A DNA stretch of 64,000 nucleotides from positions 138,136,001-138,200,000 of the forward strand of contig NC_042997.1 in the NCBI RefSeq assembly GCF_006345805.1, given 5' to 3'. The position numbers and the translations under genes are program-made. Below are positions 1-43,210 of the stretch, one piece after another (position 1 is the first letter of the stretch; every line of letters starts with the position of its first letter). Origin of the DNA: Octopus sinensis (lineage: Eukaryota). The notes beneath the pieces were generated by a model. It made no database searches, was not told the DNA's origin, and saw only the letters and a list, made by a program, of their open reading frames with translations.

Positions 1-1029
1 GAAATGGCTATTATGAAGTACTAGCTTAAAAGCTGCACTCTGTGTGAACTTTTAAGCTAGCTCCTGTGGAGGGCTAATTGGGCTTGTGACCCAGAATTAA
101 AGAGAGCAATAATAATAAATAATTTATTGGTACCCTGCCAAAATGGTATTGCTTTAAATTCAGTTTAAATGAAAAACTTCTAAGTTCACAAATTTTTGGA
201 ATTCTATTAAAATTTGAATTTTCAACTGTTAGTGTATAACAAATCCTCATTCAGATCTGATCCCAATGCTGGATGTTCAAGAACTATATGAAGGGCAGTT
301 TTCAATCCCAGGGTCATCCTGACTCCAAAAGGTTTATGTCTGTGTAGAGCAAATGTAGGCTGAGGTACAGGGGTCCCAGACAGACAGACAGAATTTCGTG
401 TTTATTATTTTACATTTGGTCCTGGTACCAAGATGCTTATAATTTTTGTAGTACCAATTGTCATCACTATCATTGTTGTGGAAACTAATTTTAAAGGAAT
501 ACATTAAATGTTAACACCAGAAATGGTATCTCACAATAATTTGTTAAGAGCATAGAAAGTGAATATCTTTCTTGAGTTATTAATTTTAGCTAAACTTCAT
601 CCATAATCCCTCTATTCATACTTCAAGTAGCAAAATAATGAATTGCTGTAAGATATATAGGATTACTTAGTGTTTCCTTGCTATTGTTTAGCCCTAGCTT
701 AGCCTGAGTAGATCTACAACCAAAGATATTTCAGTTATCTTTTTGTTCAGACGTAATTTACCTCAGACTACAGTGCCCTTTGTCTTTTCCTTTTCTTTTT
801 TAAACAGTTAGGTTTAGATGATGGAAATTTAGCTCCTATTTCTGGCTGGTCAACTGATGACTTAGAGGCGTCCTTAGTGACTAATATGTGTTTGGTACAG
901 TTATAGTGTATTGATTGTGATGGCTTAGGTTCAATTTCTGGGCAAGTTAAAAATGTAGCTTCTTGGATGTTATCTGATCTCATAAAGCTGCTTTTTATTC
1001 AGTTTTTTCAAAGAAACTAATTAAATAAT

Positions 1030-1243
1030 ATTGATTTCAAATTTTGCTACAAGGCCAGCATTTTCATGGGAGAGGGTAAGTTGATTACATCGACTCTCAA
1101 TGCTCAACAGGTACTTATTTTATTGACTCTGAGAGGATGAAAGGTAAAATTAACCTCAGCAGAATTTGAACTCAGTACATAAAGACAGATGATATACTGC
1201 TAAGCATTTTGCCAGGTGTGCTAACGATTCTACCAGCTTGCTG
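1030..1243 (-). mobile_element. SINE family B copy (tRNA-like head, abundant in window)
   Basis: Shared body GATGAAAGG(C/T)AAA...GAATTTGAACTCAG recurs at ~8480-8690, 31450-31625, 32100-32330, 56833-57245, 57395-57610 and 62080-62645. Confidence 0.75.
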
Positions 1244-1451
1244 TATTAACTAATAAAATATTAAATGATATTAATAGCAGTTATATTTAAAAAGGAAAAG
1301 TTGTTTTAAACTTTTGAACTATAATTGTTAGTTTCTTTTTTAAATATTGCTATTCAGATGCTGTAATTTATCTGTGTAGGACTGCAAAATATTTCCATAT
1401 AAAAACTGTTGTTGACATAAATACCAGAGACATCTTGCATTATATTTTCAG

Positions 1452-31703
<30,252 letters not shown>

Positions 31704-34700
31704 TTAATTGCATTTTCACAAGATATGTGTGAATAAGTCATGTAGACGTGTATGGGTTTGCATGTGTGTGTGTGTGTGTGTGTGTATGTGTGTTTGTGTG
31801 TGTATGTATACACACACATGTTAATATGGTACTAAAGTAAGGGGTAAAAGTTAGTTGGTGGCCATCCCTCTATATTTGCCTGTTTACATGTTGTCAGTCA
31901 TTTACAGCAACACCTGCTACTACTATCTCCAGAATTATTATTTCATATATATATTTATTTAAAAGAAAAGAATGAACAAACTGTTGTGTCTTAGCCAGAT
32001 CCTTATAGAAATTTGATGCAGATTCCTCATTAGTTGAAATTAGGTCATAGTTGTGCTGTTATTGTTTCATCTTGTTCTATTATTATTTCATGACCTACAA
32101 GTGGCAAACTGGTAGAATTATTAGTGAGTCTGATAAAATGTTTAATGGTATTTCTTCTGGCTCATTACAGTCTGGGTTCAAATTCCTTCGCAGTTGACTT
32201 TGCCTTTCATCCTTTCGGGGTTAATAAATAAAATAAGTAACAGTGGGGTTGGTGTAATCGATTTTGCCACTCTTTTCAAAATTGCTAGCTTTGTGCCAAA
32301 ATTTGAAACCAGTATTTCATGACCTTGTGAGCAAATATAGGATATAGGACAGCAGGCCGTTTAGATTACTCTGTCAAATGTAATGCTTATTTATTCATAT
32401 CAATTTGAATTAATTATGCATTATCTCATAGCTTCAAGACTTCAATGACGTGATTGTTTATGTTTAGAATAACATTAGATAGGTATGAGATGCCAGATCT
32501 GGCCATTTTGAACATAAAACAGCTAGAAATTTAGGACCGGATACAGCTGGTTTAAATTGCTAAAGGGTTAATGGTAGAGTACTCAGTCAGTACCTGAGAG
32601 GTATGGGTTTGACTCCTGTACAACTTGCTGACAACTGTTTTTGGCATTAGGAACGGCATCCAGCTGTAGAGACCATGCCAAATCAGACTGGAACCTAGTG
32701 CAGCCCTCTGGCTTACCAATTCCAATCAAACTGTTTAACCCATGTCAGCATGGAAAGCAGACAGTAAATGATGATGATGAGGAGGACAGCACATGTGACA
32801 TTGTGAGATTTTTACTGAGATTCTGAGTGTGGTAAAGGTGTGAGTAGTAATCATGAATCCTGGTTTATTGCAGCAGGAAGTGTGCAAATGCTTGGAACAA
32901 GTTCCACCCTGAAATATACGATTAAGGTTTATGTACTTAGTCCTTTTTATTTGAAAATCAGATGTATCCACTCAAATTGTCATTACTCTTAACTGTAGAA
33001 AGCACCTTTCTAAACCAATCTATCTTTTGTTGAGGAATGTCATATTTGAAACTATTTTTTGTGAAGATATTTGTTGAGGCAGTGTGAGACTTATAGAAAA
33101 TACCATTTCTATTTTTTGGTAGATATTTAACTTCATTACTGGAATTATCATAAAATTTAATTTTGCAGTTAAAGGGTTAAGAGAATTGAAATATTTGTCT
33201 TATACATAAAATATGACAGATATAGGTAATCAAAGATTTAAGAAAATAAGATTATGTGCAAAACATGATAAAGAAGCTAGAGGTAATACCTCATAATATG
33301 AGGACTTAATAAAATTATTAACTTAATCTGGGGATTTTATAATATTGTCGTTAACATAGATACCCTCAACTGATTGTCGTAAGGTTGTTCTCCAACCTCT
33401 GATTTATAGACATAACTTGCTTCTTTCTGGTACATCTACAGCTACTTCAGTGACTTTAGCTCCTTGGAGCTGGCTGGTCTCATGTCACATTCACTCAAGC
33501 ACTCCTAACTCACACATCTTTCTTCTCATTAGCTCTTTTGTATCCACTCCCCAGGTTTTATGCTAAATGGCCTATGTCCAGTTTTTTTCCCCCTCTAGAA
33601 TGTTGCCCCTCCGGAATTTCCAACCTGCAGCTATCAACTTGCAACTGTCCAAGTGAAACATTATCCCCTCCCCCCATTTTTTCATCAGTTTCACTGCTCT
33701 TGGAAGGGTGTGTGAAAAGGTCACAACACTTTCCTCCCAACCAAATCAATTAAAAATCTATATAAAAATGGGTGAGTGTTCAAACCATAGGCTCCTTGAT
33801 TGTCTTATTAGTTATGTGTTATTGGAGAAATTGAGAACAAGAAAGAGAAAAGGATGAAAGAAAGAATGAGTAAGGATTAAGAAGGAGAGAGAGAGAGAGC
33901 AGGAGAGTACATTTTCTCATGAAACCAGCAGTGTATCTGCCTATTGAAACACTGTAATTTAAACACAATTTCAGCAAATTACATAATGAAGATGAATGAG
34001 GTTGAAGGTTGATACAAAAGTCAACCAGTTGCTTCAGGTATAATTTGTTATCTCTAAAGTATTGAAGTGTAATATCTTAATGTAGAAATGAGTCCTGAAA
34101 TGCATTCAGTTGTTAGAACACCACTTGAAGATTTTGTATTTGTGCAGTATATTGGTGAAGGCGGGAAGGTGTATCAGCCAAGTAGAGCTGATCTCTAATC
34201 ACATGTCACTCTTTGAGGACTTAGAACTAAGCATTGCACAAAAGCTTAACGTCTGTCATTTATTCATTGCTTCCACTGCTTATTTGTATGAGACACCCCA
34301 CCCCATAATACAAATTGTTTGTTAAATGATTTGTTGTTATGTAACTCAGGCCAGCTCTGGTCAAACAGACCTAAGATTAAAGGTATTCTAACCATGACCA
34401 TCCTGTCTTTTCTGACAATTTATATCAAAACTACATTATAAAATAAACCCTTCTCTTCTGTTAAAGACATTTTTGGGGGCGATAAAATAAGTACCAGTTG
34501 AGCACTGGAGTTGATGTAATGAACTTACTCCCACCTGCTGAAATTGCTGGCCTTGTGCCAAAATTTAAAACTAATATTATAACATTGGTTTATAGTAACT
34601 ATATGTGTTGCAGAAGCTGAGAAATATAGAAACTGTTGCATATGCTGTAGAAATTGTGACATGTTTCTCAGTAAGTAATGTTTGTGCTGAAATGACTGTG

Positions 34701-35713
34701 GTATGTATTGTGAGAACAGTTCTGTAGTAGCAGTAAGTCCCCATAGAAGTGAGTTGCAATCTACATTCAATCCCATTTAGGAATTATTTAACTTTAACAT
34801 TGGGAAAGGCATAAACAATATAAACCCACAGGCTTCATTTTAATAATTTGGTCATTTTAAGTTTCCTAATTTTTTTCTAATTGGTTTGGTTAGGAGGAAA
34901 GGGTTGTGATCTTTTCATAGACAATTTCCAAGACCAGTGAAATTGATGGGGTGGGCTTATTATTTCTCTTGTACACAATTACAAGTTCTTTCACAGTAAG
35001 GTTATTTAAAAGGAAAAACAACAAAACATTCCTCTTAATGTGTTGATTATTTTACCTTTTTTGTGTGTATGCAAATTTAGAAATTTGATTAACTTTATTT
35101 ATTTTTTTTTTCATAAAATTCTCGATCCTTTCGTTACCAACCCGGCTGAAACTGGCTCTGGCTCTGTTGTACAAATGTCTTGTTTTCATAAGGTTTTAAT
35201 TAAAATCTTCCACCAAACCTTAGTCACAATTTATGTTCTTAACACTAGCTGAATGATAACTAAGTTATTTTACTAAATTCTTTGTTATATTTAAAGTAAT
35301 TGAAAGAAACACTGAGCATCTCAAAATAAATACAGTAATGAAAGGGTTAAATATTCCCTAAAACTGATTTGGGGAATAAAGGGTTTCTTCAACATCTTAG
35401 TATTTTCCTTGTCCTTTTCTTTTTTTTATACTGAGAGGAAATTAAATTTGGTCAGAGAAGTTCAAGATTTTGGACCCTACTAACTGCAACCTCAGTAGCT
35501 CAAAGCTTTCAAAAACTATTCTGTTACAAAATCCATTTTATGTAAAGGAAAATATATAGATTTTAAAAATAGCCAAAGGTCCACGGAGAACTTCAATTGG
35601 CTGTTTTTTTAAAAGTCCATCTGAAGCACAGGAATTGGGTTGAGCTAATTTGAATGAAATATGATTTGTGTGGTTATGTCTCAGCACAAGGTTTCCTAAA
35701 ACTGACTTGGAGA

Positions 35714-35943
35714 TTAACCCTTTTGCTATCAACCTGCCTGAAACTGCTTTTGGTTCTGTGATGTAAATTTCATATTTTAAAGTGATCTAACTTAAAACCT
35801 TCCATCAAAATTCCACATGAATTTATGTTTCAAACACCAACTTAATATTGACTAAGTTAGTTTACCAAATTCTAATTATTTTCAAAATTCATTTTAAAAA
35901 AAAGCAGTATATTTCAACAGAAATATGGTAACAAAAGGGTTAA
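35714..35943. mobile_element. piggyBac-type MITE, second family
   Basis: TTAA-CCCTTTTG ... CAAAAGGG-TTAA; a related copy at ~35120-35350 ends GAAAGGGTTAA. Confidence 0.75.
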
Positions 35944-38900
35944 GGAGTTCTTGGGGGCTATAGTGTTTTCCCTATTCATTTATTTTTACTGAAAGGAAAC
36001 TGAGTTTGGCTGGTGCTTCCCTAGCATTTATTTGGCAGGAAATACTAGAGTGGAAGAATGTGCTTGGAGAATTCTTTTATTCTTGTACTTGTTTCAGTCA
36101 TTTGACTGTGGCCATGCTAGAGCACCGTCTTAAAGGGTTTTATTCGAACAAATCAGCCCCAGGACTTACTCTTTGTAAGCCTAGTACTTATTCTATTGGT
36201 CTCTTTTGCGGAACCACTAAGTTGTGCGGATGTAAACACACCAATATCAGTTGTCAAGCGATGCTGTGGGTACAGATACAGACACAAAGACACACACATA
36301 AATATATACATATACATATACAAAGCAGGCTTCTTTCAGTTTCCCTCTATTAAATCCACTTGGACCAAGGCTATAGTAGAAGACACTTGTCCAAGGTTCC
36401 ATGCAGCGGGACTGAACTGACAACCATGTGGTTGGGAAGCAAGCTTCTTACCACACAGCCATGAGATCTAGTTTGGTGCATTGGATTTCTCAATTCAGAT
36501 ACCATCAGCCATTTCTTTGGAGCTAGGAAAATAATTTACTTATAAGTTTAAGTTAATCATTTCATGAATGAAGTTGCTGTTGTTTAATGTCAGTTAAGCC
36601 CTGACAAAGCAGATCTATAGTTAAAAGATGTACCAACTGTGATAGTTCCATCCTTTTGATTAATTTTTTGAGTCGTGAATTTAAATACCTTACAAGTGTT
36701 TAGGGGACACGATACTTATTGCTGTATATCCCTGTTTAGCTAGCCATGGAAAATGGGTACTGTTTTTTTCTTTCTTTGTAAAGCAGGGGGCACACCTGCC
36801 ATAAATAGTCTTTATAAATAGTCTAATCTGTCCTTATAAATACTCCAATAGGTAGTCCAGTCTGTCCTTACAGTATTTCTTTTTAATATTTGGGTGTGAT
36901 TTTATCAAGATTTAGGTGCTATTTCTATCAGTTCGAGCAATTATTTAGTAGCTCTCTTTTTATAGCTTATGAATCAGCTGGATCCATATGATAAGTGACT
37001 AATTTTTGAATGGGATATTGTAGGTACTCTAGCTGATCCAATTTCTCAAAATGATAATAGTAATAATAGCACTAATTTTCCACTACTAGTTGAATTAAGA
37101 TACATAAAACTAAAATTATAAGGGGTTTAAACTCATGACCTGTAAGTTTAACGTTTAATATCTTATTAACTCAGCTATTATTATCTCAACTTGTAGATTC
37201 CCTTGCAGGCTATAGTTTCCCATATTGTGAGAAAAAAAAAACTTGTGATTTAGTTAGAATTTTATCCCATAAAGAACAAACACAAGCTGTTGGATATTTT
37301 AGAGTTTGTTACCATGGAGCTACTGAACTTACAGTGTTGATTCCTTTGTAATTGCAAAATCTTGTATCTTATTGATTAGTTCTCAGGGACTGGTTGTTAA
37401 TTATATCTACAAGCATTTTCTTCTTACTAATTAGCCTTTTCTATTATCTTTCTCTCTGATATCAGTCCCTGATTGTTGTCAATGAAACATGCACTATATT
37501 TCTTGTCGATTAGAACCTTTTACCAATAACTAATTATAGTTGATTAAGTATGCTACTAGTGTCTTGTAGAGTACAAATGCTGTTTTAGTTTAACTGTATC
37601 CTTTAACTGTATCTCTTTATCTTTTACCTGCTTCAGTTATTGGACTGTGGCAATACTGGGGCACTACTTTGAAGGGCTTAGTCAACAAATCAATCCCTGT
37701 TCTTATTTTTTTAAAGTCTGGTACTTACTCTATTAATTTCTTTTGCTGAACTGCTAAGTTACAGGGCCATAAACAAACCAACACCAGTTGTCAAATGGTA
37801 GAGGAGAAATACATACGCACACAAAGATGTGTGATGTACTTCCATACAGTTCTGTCTATCAAATTCACTGAAGGCATTGGTCAGCTTGAGACTATAGTAC
37901 AAAATACCCAAAGTGCTGTGAAGTGGGCTTGAACCTGAAGCCAAGTGGTTACAAAGTAGTCTTCTTAACCACACACCCATGCTCGCACCTATGATATTAA
38001 TACATAGACTATATTTTATGACAGCTGTACAGTTCTTCTCAACAATCTTATGTGGTTTTTCTGGAGGTTTCTTAGTCCTAAGTGAACCCTGATTCAGCAG
38101 ATCTGTAATCAAAGACATTCCTGACATAGCCATCAAACCATCACACCTGTTTTGTTTTCCTTTCTAGGTTATTGTATCATTACCTTCAGTATCCTTCCTT
38201 TTTTTTTTTAAGGTAATAGAATATGATATGAAAGAGATGTAACTACTTTCTGGTTTACAAACAGGTCAAACAACTATAGAGACTCTCACATGGGTTCTGC
38301 TGCTTTTCAAAAGGCCTGTTTTTTATCCCCTTAATTTTTAAAACTAACATTTTCAGGAAATTAATTAATAAATTCATATTTCTTCTAAAAGGACTGGTTA
38401 ATTTATATAACATGAAATATTATTAACAAAATGTATCTTTCACTGAGAGTTTTCTATGCAATGTTGCTATTACTGTCCAGGACCATATAGTAAGGTTCCA
38501 TGGGGACTAATTTGGTTTACTATACTATTTAATTAGTGTATTTGAGTATGTATGTATGTATGTATGCATGCATGTAAAGCTGAGATGGAAAATTTTTTTT
38601 CCAAACTATCAACAGATAACTGTCAATCTACCATAATATACACCCCTATGGGGTAGGGAGTACTATATGGTTTTACTTCTCCTATTTGTTTTTGTTGAGG
38701 ATGAGTGATTTGTAAATATCATAACATGGGACAGATAAATAAAATTATCTTTTGTACAAATAATGTTTTCTTGTTTTTTCTTTTTGAAACCTTTTGTTTT
38801 TCATTTTGTTTATTGAAGGTTGTTACCTAGCAGCATTTCATCTGTGACTAGTGGTGTATAACCACACACACACATACACACATGTACACATACACTGTAA

Positions 38901-39349
38901 AGTGGTTGGCAAATTGAACAAAGATATATATATATATATATAGATTTCATTTATCACTTACTTGTTTCAGTCATTAGATTGTGGCCATGCTGGGGTGCCA
39001 CTTTGATGAATTTTAGTCAAATGAATTGATCCCAGAACTTGTTTTTTGTTTTTAGCCTGGTACTTATTCTGTTGGTCTCTTGCTGGACCACTTAGTTACA
39101 AGGATGTAAACACACCAACAGTGATGGAGGATAAACACAGACACATATATACACAACAGTCTTTCAGTTTCCATCTACCAGATCCACTCACAAGGCTTTG
39201 GTTGGCCTGAGACTATAGTAGAAGACACTTGCCCTAGGTGCCATGCAGTAGGACTGAACTCAGAACCATGTGGTTGCAAAGCAAACCTCTTACCACACAG
39301 CCACATCTATTGTATCTATCCAAATATCTTTATTGGTGTTTTTGATTAA

Positions 39350-39690
39350 CATCATTCCACATGAACTGGAACAGTAAAAAAACCTGTTCAAAATACGAAG
39401 AAAGAAGTTGAGGATGATGATAAAACTGATTTGGACTCCAAGTCTGATGGCTCTTAACCAAAATTGCTCAAGTATGGTGCTGGCATGTTACAACAGAACC
39501 TGGTTTCTCAAGTGGAAAGTCTTATGAAGGAATTGTTTAGTAAAACTAAACAAAGCCGAAATCAGAAAAAAGCTCAGAAGGCAATGTTGAAACTTGGTCT
39601 TAAATACAAGGAATCACCAAGGTTACTGTATGCAAATCCAAAAATATTCTGTTTGTTATCAACTGACTAGATGTGTGTGTGCAACAAGAT
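39350..39690 (+). pseudogene. NACA: Processed pseudogene fragment of nascent polypeptide-associated complex alpha
   Basis: Reads DSKSDGS*PKL...ELFSKTKQSRNQKKAQKAMLKLGLK, then after a frameshift [21 protein letters not shown]. This aligns with recalled NAC-alpha [50 protein letters not shown]. No intron is visible; there are stops and a frameshift. Confidence 0.8.
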
Positions 39691-40999
39691 GTATTTAACA
39701 ACAACAGTAATTTAAGTCCAATTTATTATCAACAAGATAATATCTAATGGATTTTGAGATCAATGAATATCAGTCTGTTAATTATCTCTGAAGGTTATAA
39801 CTGTTAAATCAGTTGAACTAATATTCCTGATTTCTTATGCAAGCTCACTTATTAGATGAATGTCTGGGATAGTCTAACAAAAAGTGGAGAATTAAATACT
39901 GCAGATGAGAATTTAGTGGGCAGGACATGGAAAAAGAATTATGACAAATTTATGTACTGACAATGCAGCAAACCATCTCCTTTGCTAAAATGTATAAGTG
40001 TAAGGTCTGGGACTATCTGTTCATAGGAAGTGTGTGCAAATCCACTGTTGGCATTTTCTTAGTCTTTGGTTAGTATCAGATTAATCTAGATGAACATTGA
40101 ACTAACATCTATTAGTCTTGATACTGAGGTTGGATACTGGTTCTAATTACAGACACAAAACTTCATCCATATTGAGGAGAGGTAGATGTAATTGAATTAT
40201 GCTTAACACAACCAAACAAAGATCAGGTAGACAACTGAAAGACAAAGAAGCAAAAATGCTTTTGAGATAAACTGATGCATCAGAATTGGTATTTGACATT
40301 ATATACAGTACTGTATGTACTATATGAGTACAGTAGAAGGTTACATACAGTTCAGTCCTATACCTTTCTCATGCCTCATTCTCCTCTTCCTCACACCCTC
40401 TCTCCTTATAGATTTTTACTGCAAAGCTATCCAATTAACTACACTTCAAGAAAGAGAGAAGAAAAAATTGCAATGGATGCAGAATTAATATTGTAAAGAC
40501 AACAGCTGTTGTTGGACTGTTTCTATGTGCCAAACTTTTATCATTTTGCTAGCATTGAAACCATGACTTTCTGGTATATTATATCCAGGACTATTTAGTC
40601 AAGTATACTCATCCATTTTCAGGTGGTAGATGTCATTTGAAGGAGATTCAACTGCTAATTATATCTAGTTGAGCAACTTCATTGAGGTTCCTTTGTTAAC
40701 TTGTAAAAGCAATAGTGAGTTGGTTAAGTGATATTTAACTGTTTCATTGATCTAGTCAGACAACTTTATTGAAACTCCTGAGCTGATTCAGATAAGAAAT
40801 GTTTTATTGATCTGATGGATGATTTTCTTAAGATGCAGGTGAGTGAGTTAAGTGTTAACCTGAAAACAGTCATATGCAACCAGTTTTTCTTTAATTCCCG
40901 CAGATCTATGGTGTTTCATACTCTAATTTCATGACCATATGAACCATATTACAGTAGCAGCCCTCTTATCTGGCCCAGAAATCCAAGAATACTGTACAA

Positions 41000-41762
41000 C
41001 TAGCAGTATAACCCGGCCTTGCCCAGGATTAAGTTACGATTATCAAGCTAATCAAATTCTTTATTTCAAACCAAACTAAGTAATATCGACTCTCAACAAA
41101 ACGCTTTTTTACTTGGCATAAAATAAAAACAAAACTCTTTCGCACACAAAGTATAGTGTGTGAGAGAGAGGGGAGAGAAAGATGACCGATTTAAAATAAA
41201 TATATTGTAATTGTTGTGTGAGAAAGTATATATACTATGATTATGAAATATAGTGTCTTTCAAAATCATCCTGAATTTGAACATTATATCTCGTGTTTAA
41301 GAAAAAACAAAACATTTTACATTTTATTTTTAATGAACATCGTCACTTACTCTCTCTCCCTCTCTCACTTTTTCTTTCCCGTGAAACCCTCTGCCTCCTT
41401 CTTCCGCTTTTCTTTATTTTCTTTGTTTTGTTAGACGCCATCAAAAAAGCTATGGCTGATATTTTTTATGAACGTTGTCACTTACTCTCTCTCTCCCTCT
41501 TTCACATTGTCTTTCCCGTGAAACTCTCTGCCTCCTTCTTCCACGTTTCTTTACCTTGTTTTTTTTTTTTTGTTAGACACCGTCAAAGAAGCTATGGCTG
41601 ATATTTTTTGTGGCTAAAAGCAATGGCTGAAAATAGATTTTTATGCTATCCGCAGGTGCCGCGGGAAAAAAATAAGTTGACAAAACCCAGATAGGATGTT
41701 GATGAATGTCCTCCTAAAATTTGAGTGACATGTGTGCTAATTTGTGGATGTGCATAAATTAC
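41000..41762 (-). mobile_element. Non-autonomous Helitron-like element
   Basis: Minus-strand 3' end is a CCTGG/CCGGG hairpin, then CTAG and T (plus strand ACTAGCAGTATAACCCGGCCTTGCCCAGG); internal ~90-120-bp tandem repeats at ~41330-41600. Confidence 0.65.
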
Positions 41763-41965
41763 AAAGTTCCTGGCTTTGGATAAAAGAAAATAAATAAGGA
41801 TCAGTTATTATGATTTTATTCAACATCTTCCCCTCTCAGATTTACCCACTCACTGCAGTGGTCCTTCAGTTTTTCTAAGCCCTATAAAAGAACTTGGAAG
41901 ATTGGGCCTCTAACCAGGCTTTCATGATATCCTTAAAGCCAGGAACTTTTCAGCACTCCTTCATA
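41763..41965. mobile_element. mariner-type MITE (left end truncated)
   Basis: AAAGTTCCTGGCTTT ... AAAGCCAGGAACTTTTCAGCACTCC TIR pair; same family at ~12990-13140 and 55262-55824. Confidence 0.8.
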
Positions 41966-42253
41966 TACTGTACTCTTTACTGAGTAAACAGACCCTGTTT
42001 TTGAAGTTGGTTATTTTGCATACGGTGTGATCAAAATAGTTATGTTCTTTATGTTAGATGAACGATTAAACATGCTTTTCTTTAGAATTGTTTATTTTGT
42101 ACCTGTATCTGAGGTAGCCTTTACATGCTTGCTCGACCTGCAAGAAATAGCAATAAAATTCCCTGGGGTTACAGTAGAAGACATTTGCCCAAGGTACCAC
42201 TAAGTAAAACTGAATATAAAACCAAGTTGTTCAGATGATGATTTATATAGTCC

Positions 42254-42665
42254 AGGTACAGATATGGCTGTGTGGTAAGGAATTTGCTTCCTAACCATAT
42301 GGTTTTGGGTTCAGTCCCACTGTATGATACCTTTGGGCAAGTGTCTTCTACTATAGTCCTGGGTTTACCAAAGTTTTGTGAGTGAATTTTGTAGATGGAA
42401 ACTAAACAAACCTGTCGTATCAATGTGTGTGTGTGTGTGCCTCCTTGTCTTGACATTGCATGATAGTTGTAAAATAATTCTCACTGTCATACAAGTAGTG
42501 TCAGTGATTTTCAACATTCTGTGAGGATATAACCTTGGGGAACTATCTCCATGCTTGGAAACTGATGAAGGTTGATGACAAGAAGAGTTCCAGCCATAGA
42601 AAATCTACCTCAATAAACTCTGTCCAACCTATGCATGCATGGAAAAGTGGACATCTTAATGTCCA
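42254..42665 (+). mobile_element. SINE with family-A head and RTE-type tail
   Basis: Family A head followed by TCCAGCCATAGAAA...GTCCAACCTATGCATGCATGGAAAAGTGGAC, matching the RTE 3' terminus. Confidence 0.65.
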
Positions 42666-43090
42666 CTGTGTTAATTACCCTTACAAAGCGGAAAAATTTA
42701 TCAACAACCGGCCATGGATCTCAAACCCACATCCCTCAAAGACTCCAGTTGACTGCTTTACCATTAAGCTAAACTGCCCACTAAATAGCTAAATGTACAA
42801 CTATGTGTATATAAATATAAACAAACTAACATTTGCTTTTATAAGCATCAAAATGTGTATAGAGTCTTTGAGGGATATGGGTTCGAGTCTCATGGCTAGT
42901 TTTTGACAAATTAAAAAATTTTATAAGGGTAATTTACCCAGTATTTTTGCTGTTCCTACAGCAATTCTGATTTCTAAAAATATCATCTAATTTGCATCAT
43001 TCTATACACATTTCAACACTTATAAAAACAAATATTAGTTTGTTTATATATATATATGTATATATATATATGTGTATATATATATTTATA

Positions 43091-43123
<33 letters not shown>

Positions 43124-43136
43124 GTGTATATATATA

Positions 43137-43187
<51 letters not shown>

Positions 43188-43210
43188 ATATATATATACG
43201 TGTATATATA

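Noticed and set aside
768-983. 71-aa minus-strand ORF ending in an NLS-like KKKRKRQR
   Set aside because: No recognisable homology; the basic run is the reverse complement of a polypyrimidine tract.
32223-32228. AATAAA as the COG4 polyadenylation signal
   Set aside because: It falls inside a SINE-B copy in AT-rich sequence and cannot be assigned without 3'-end data.
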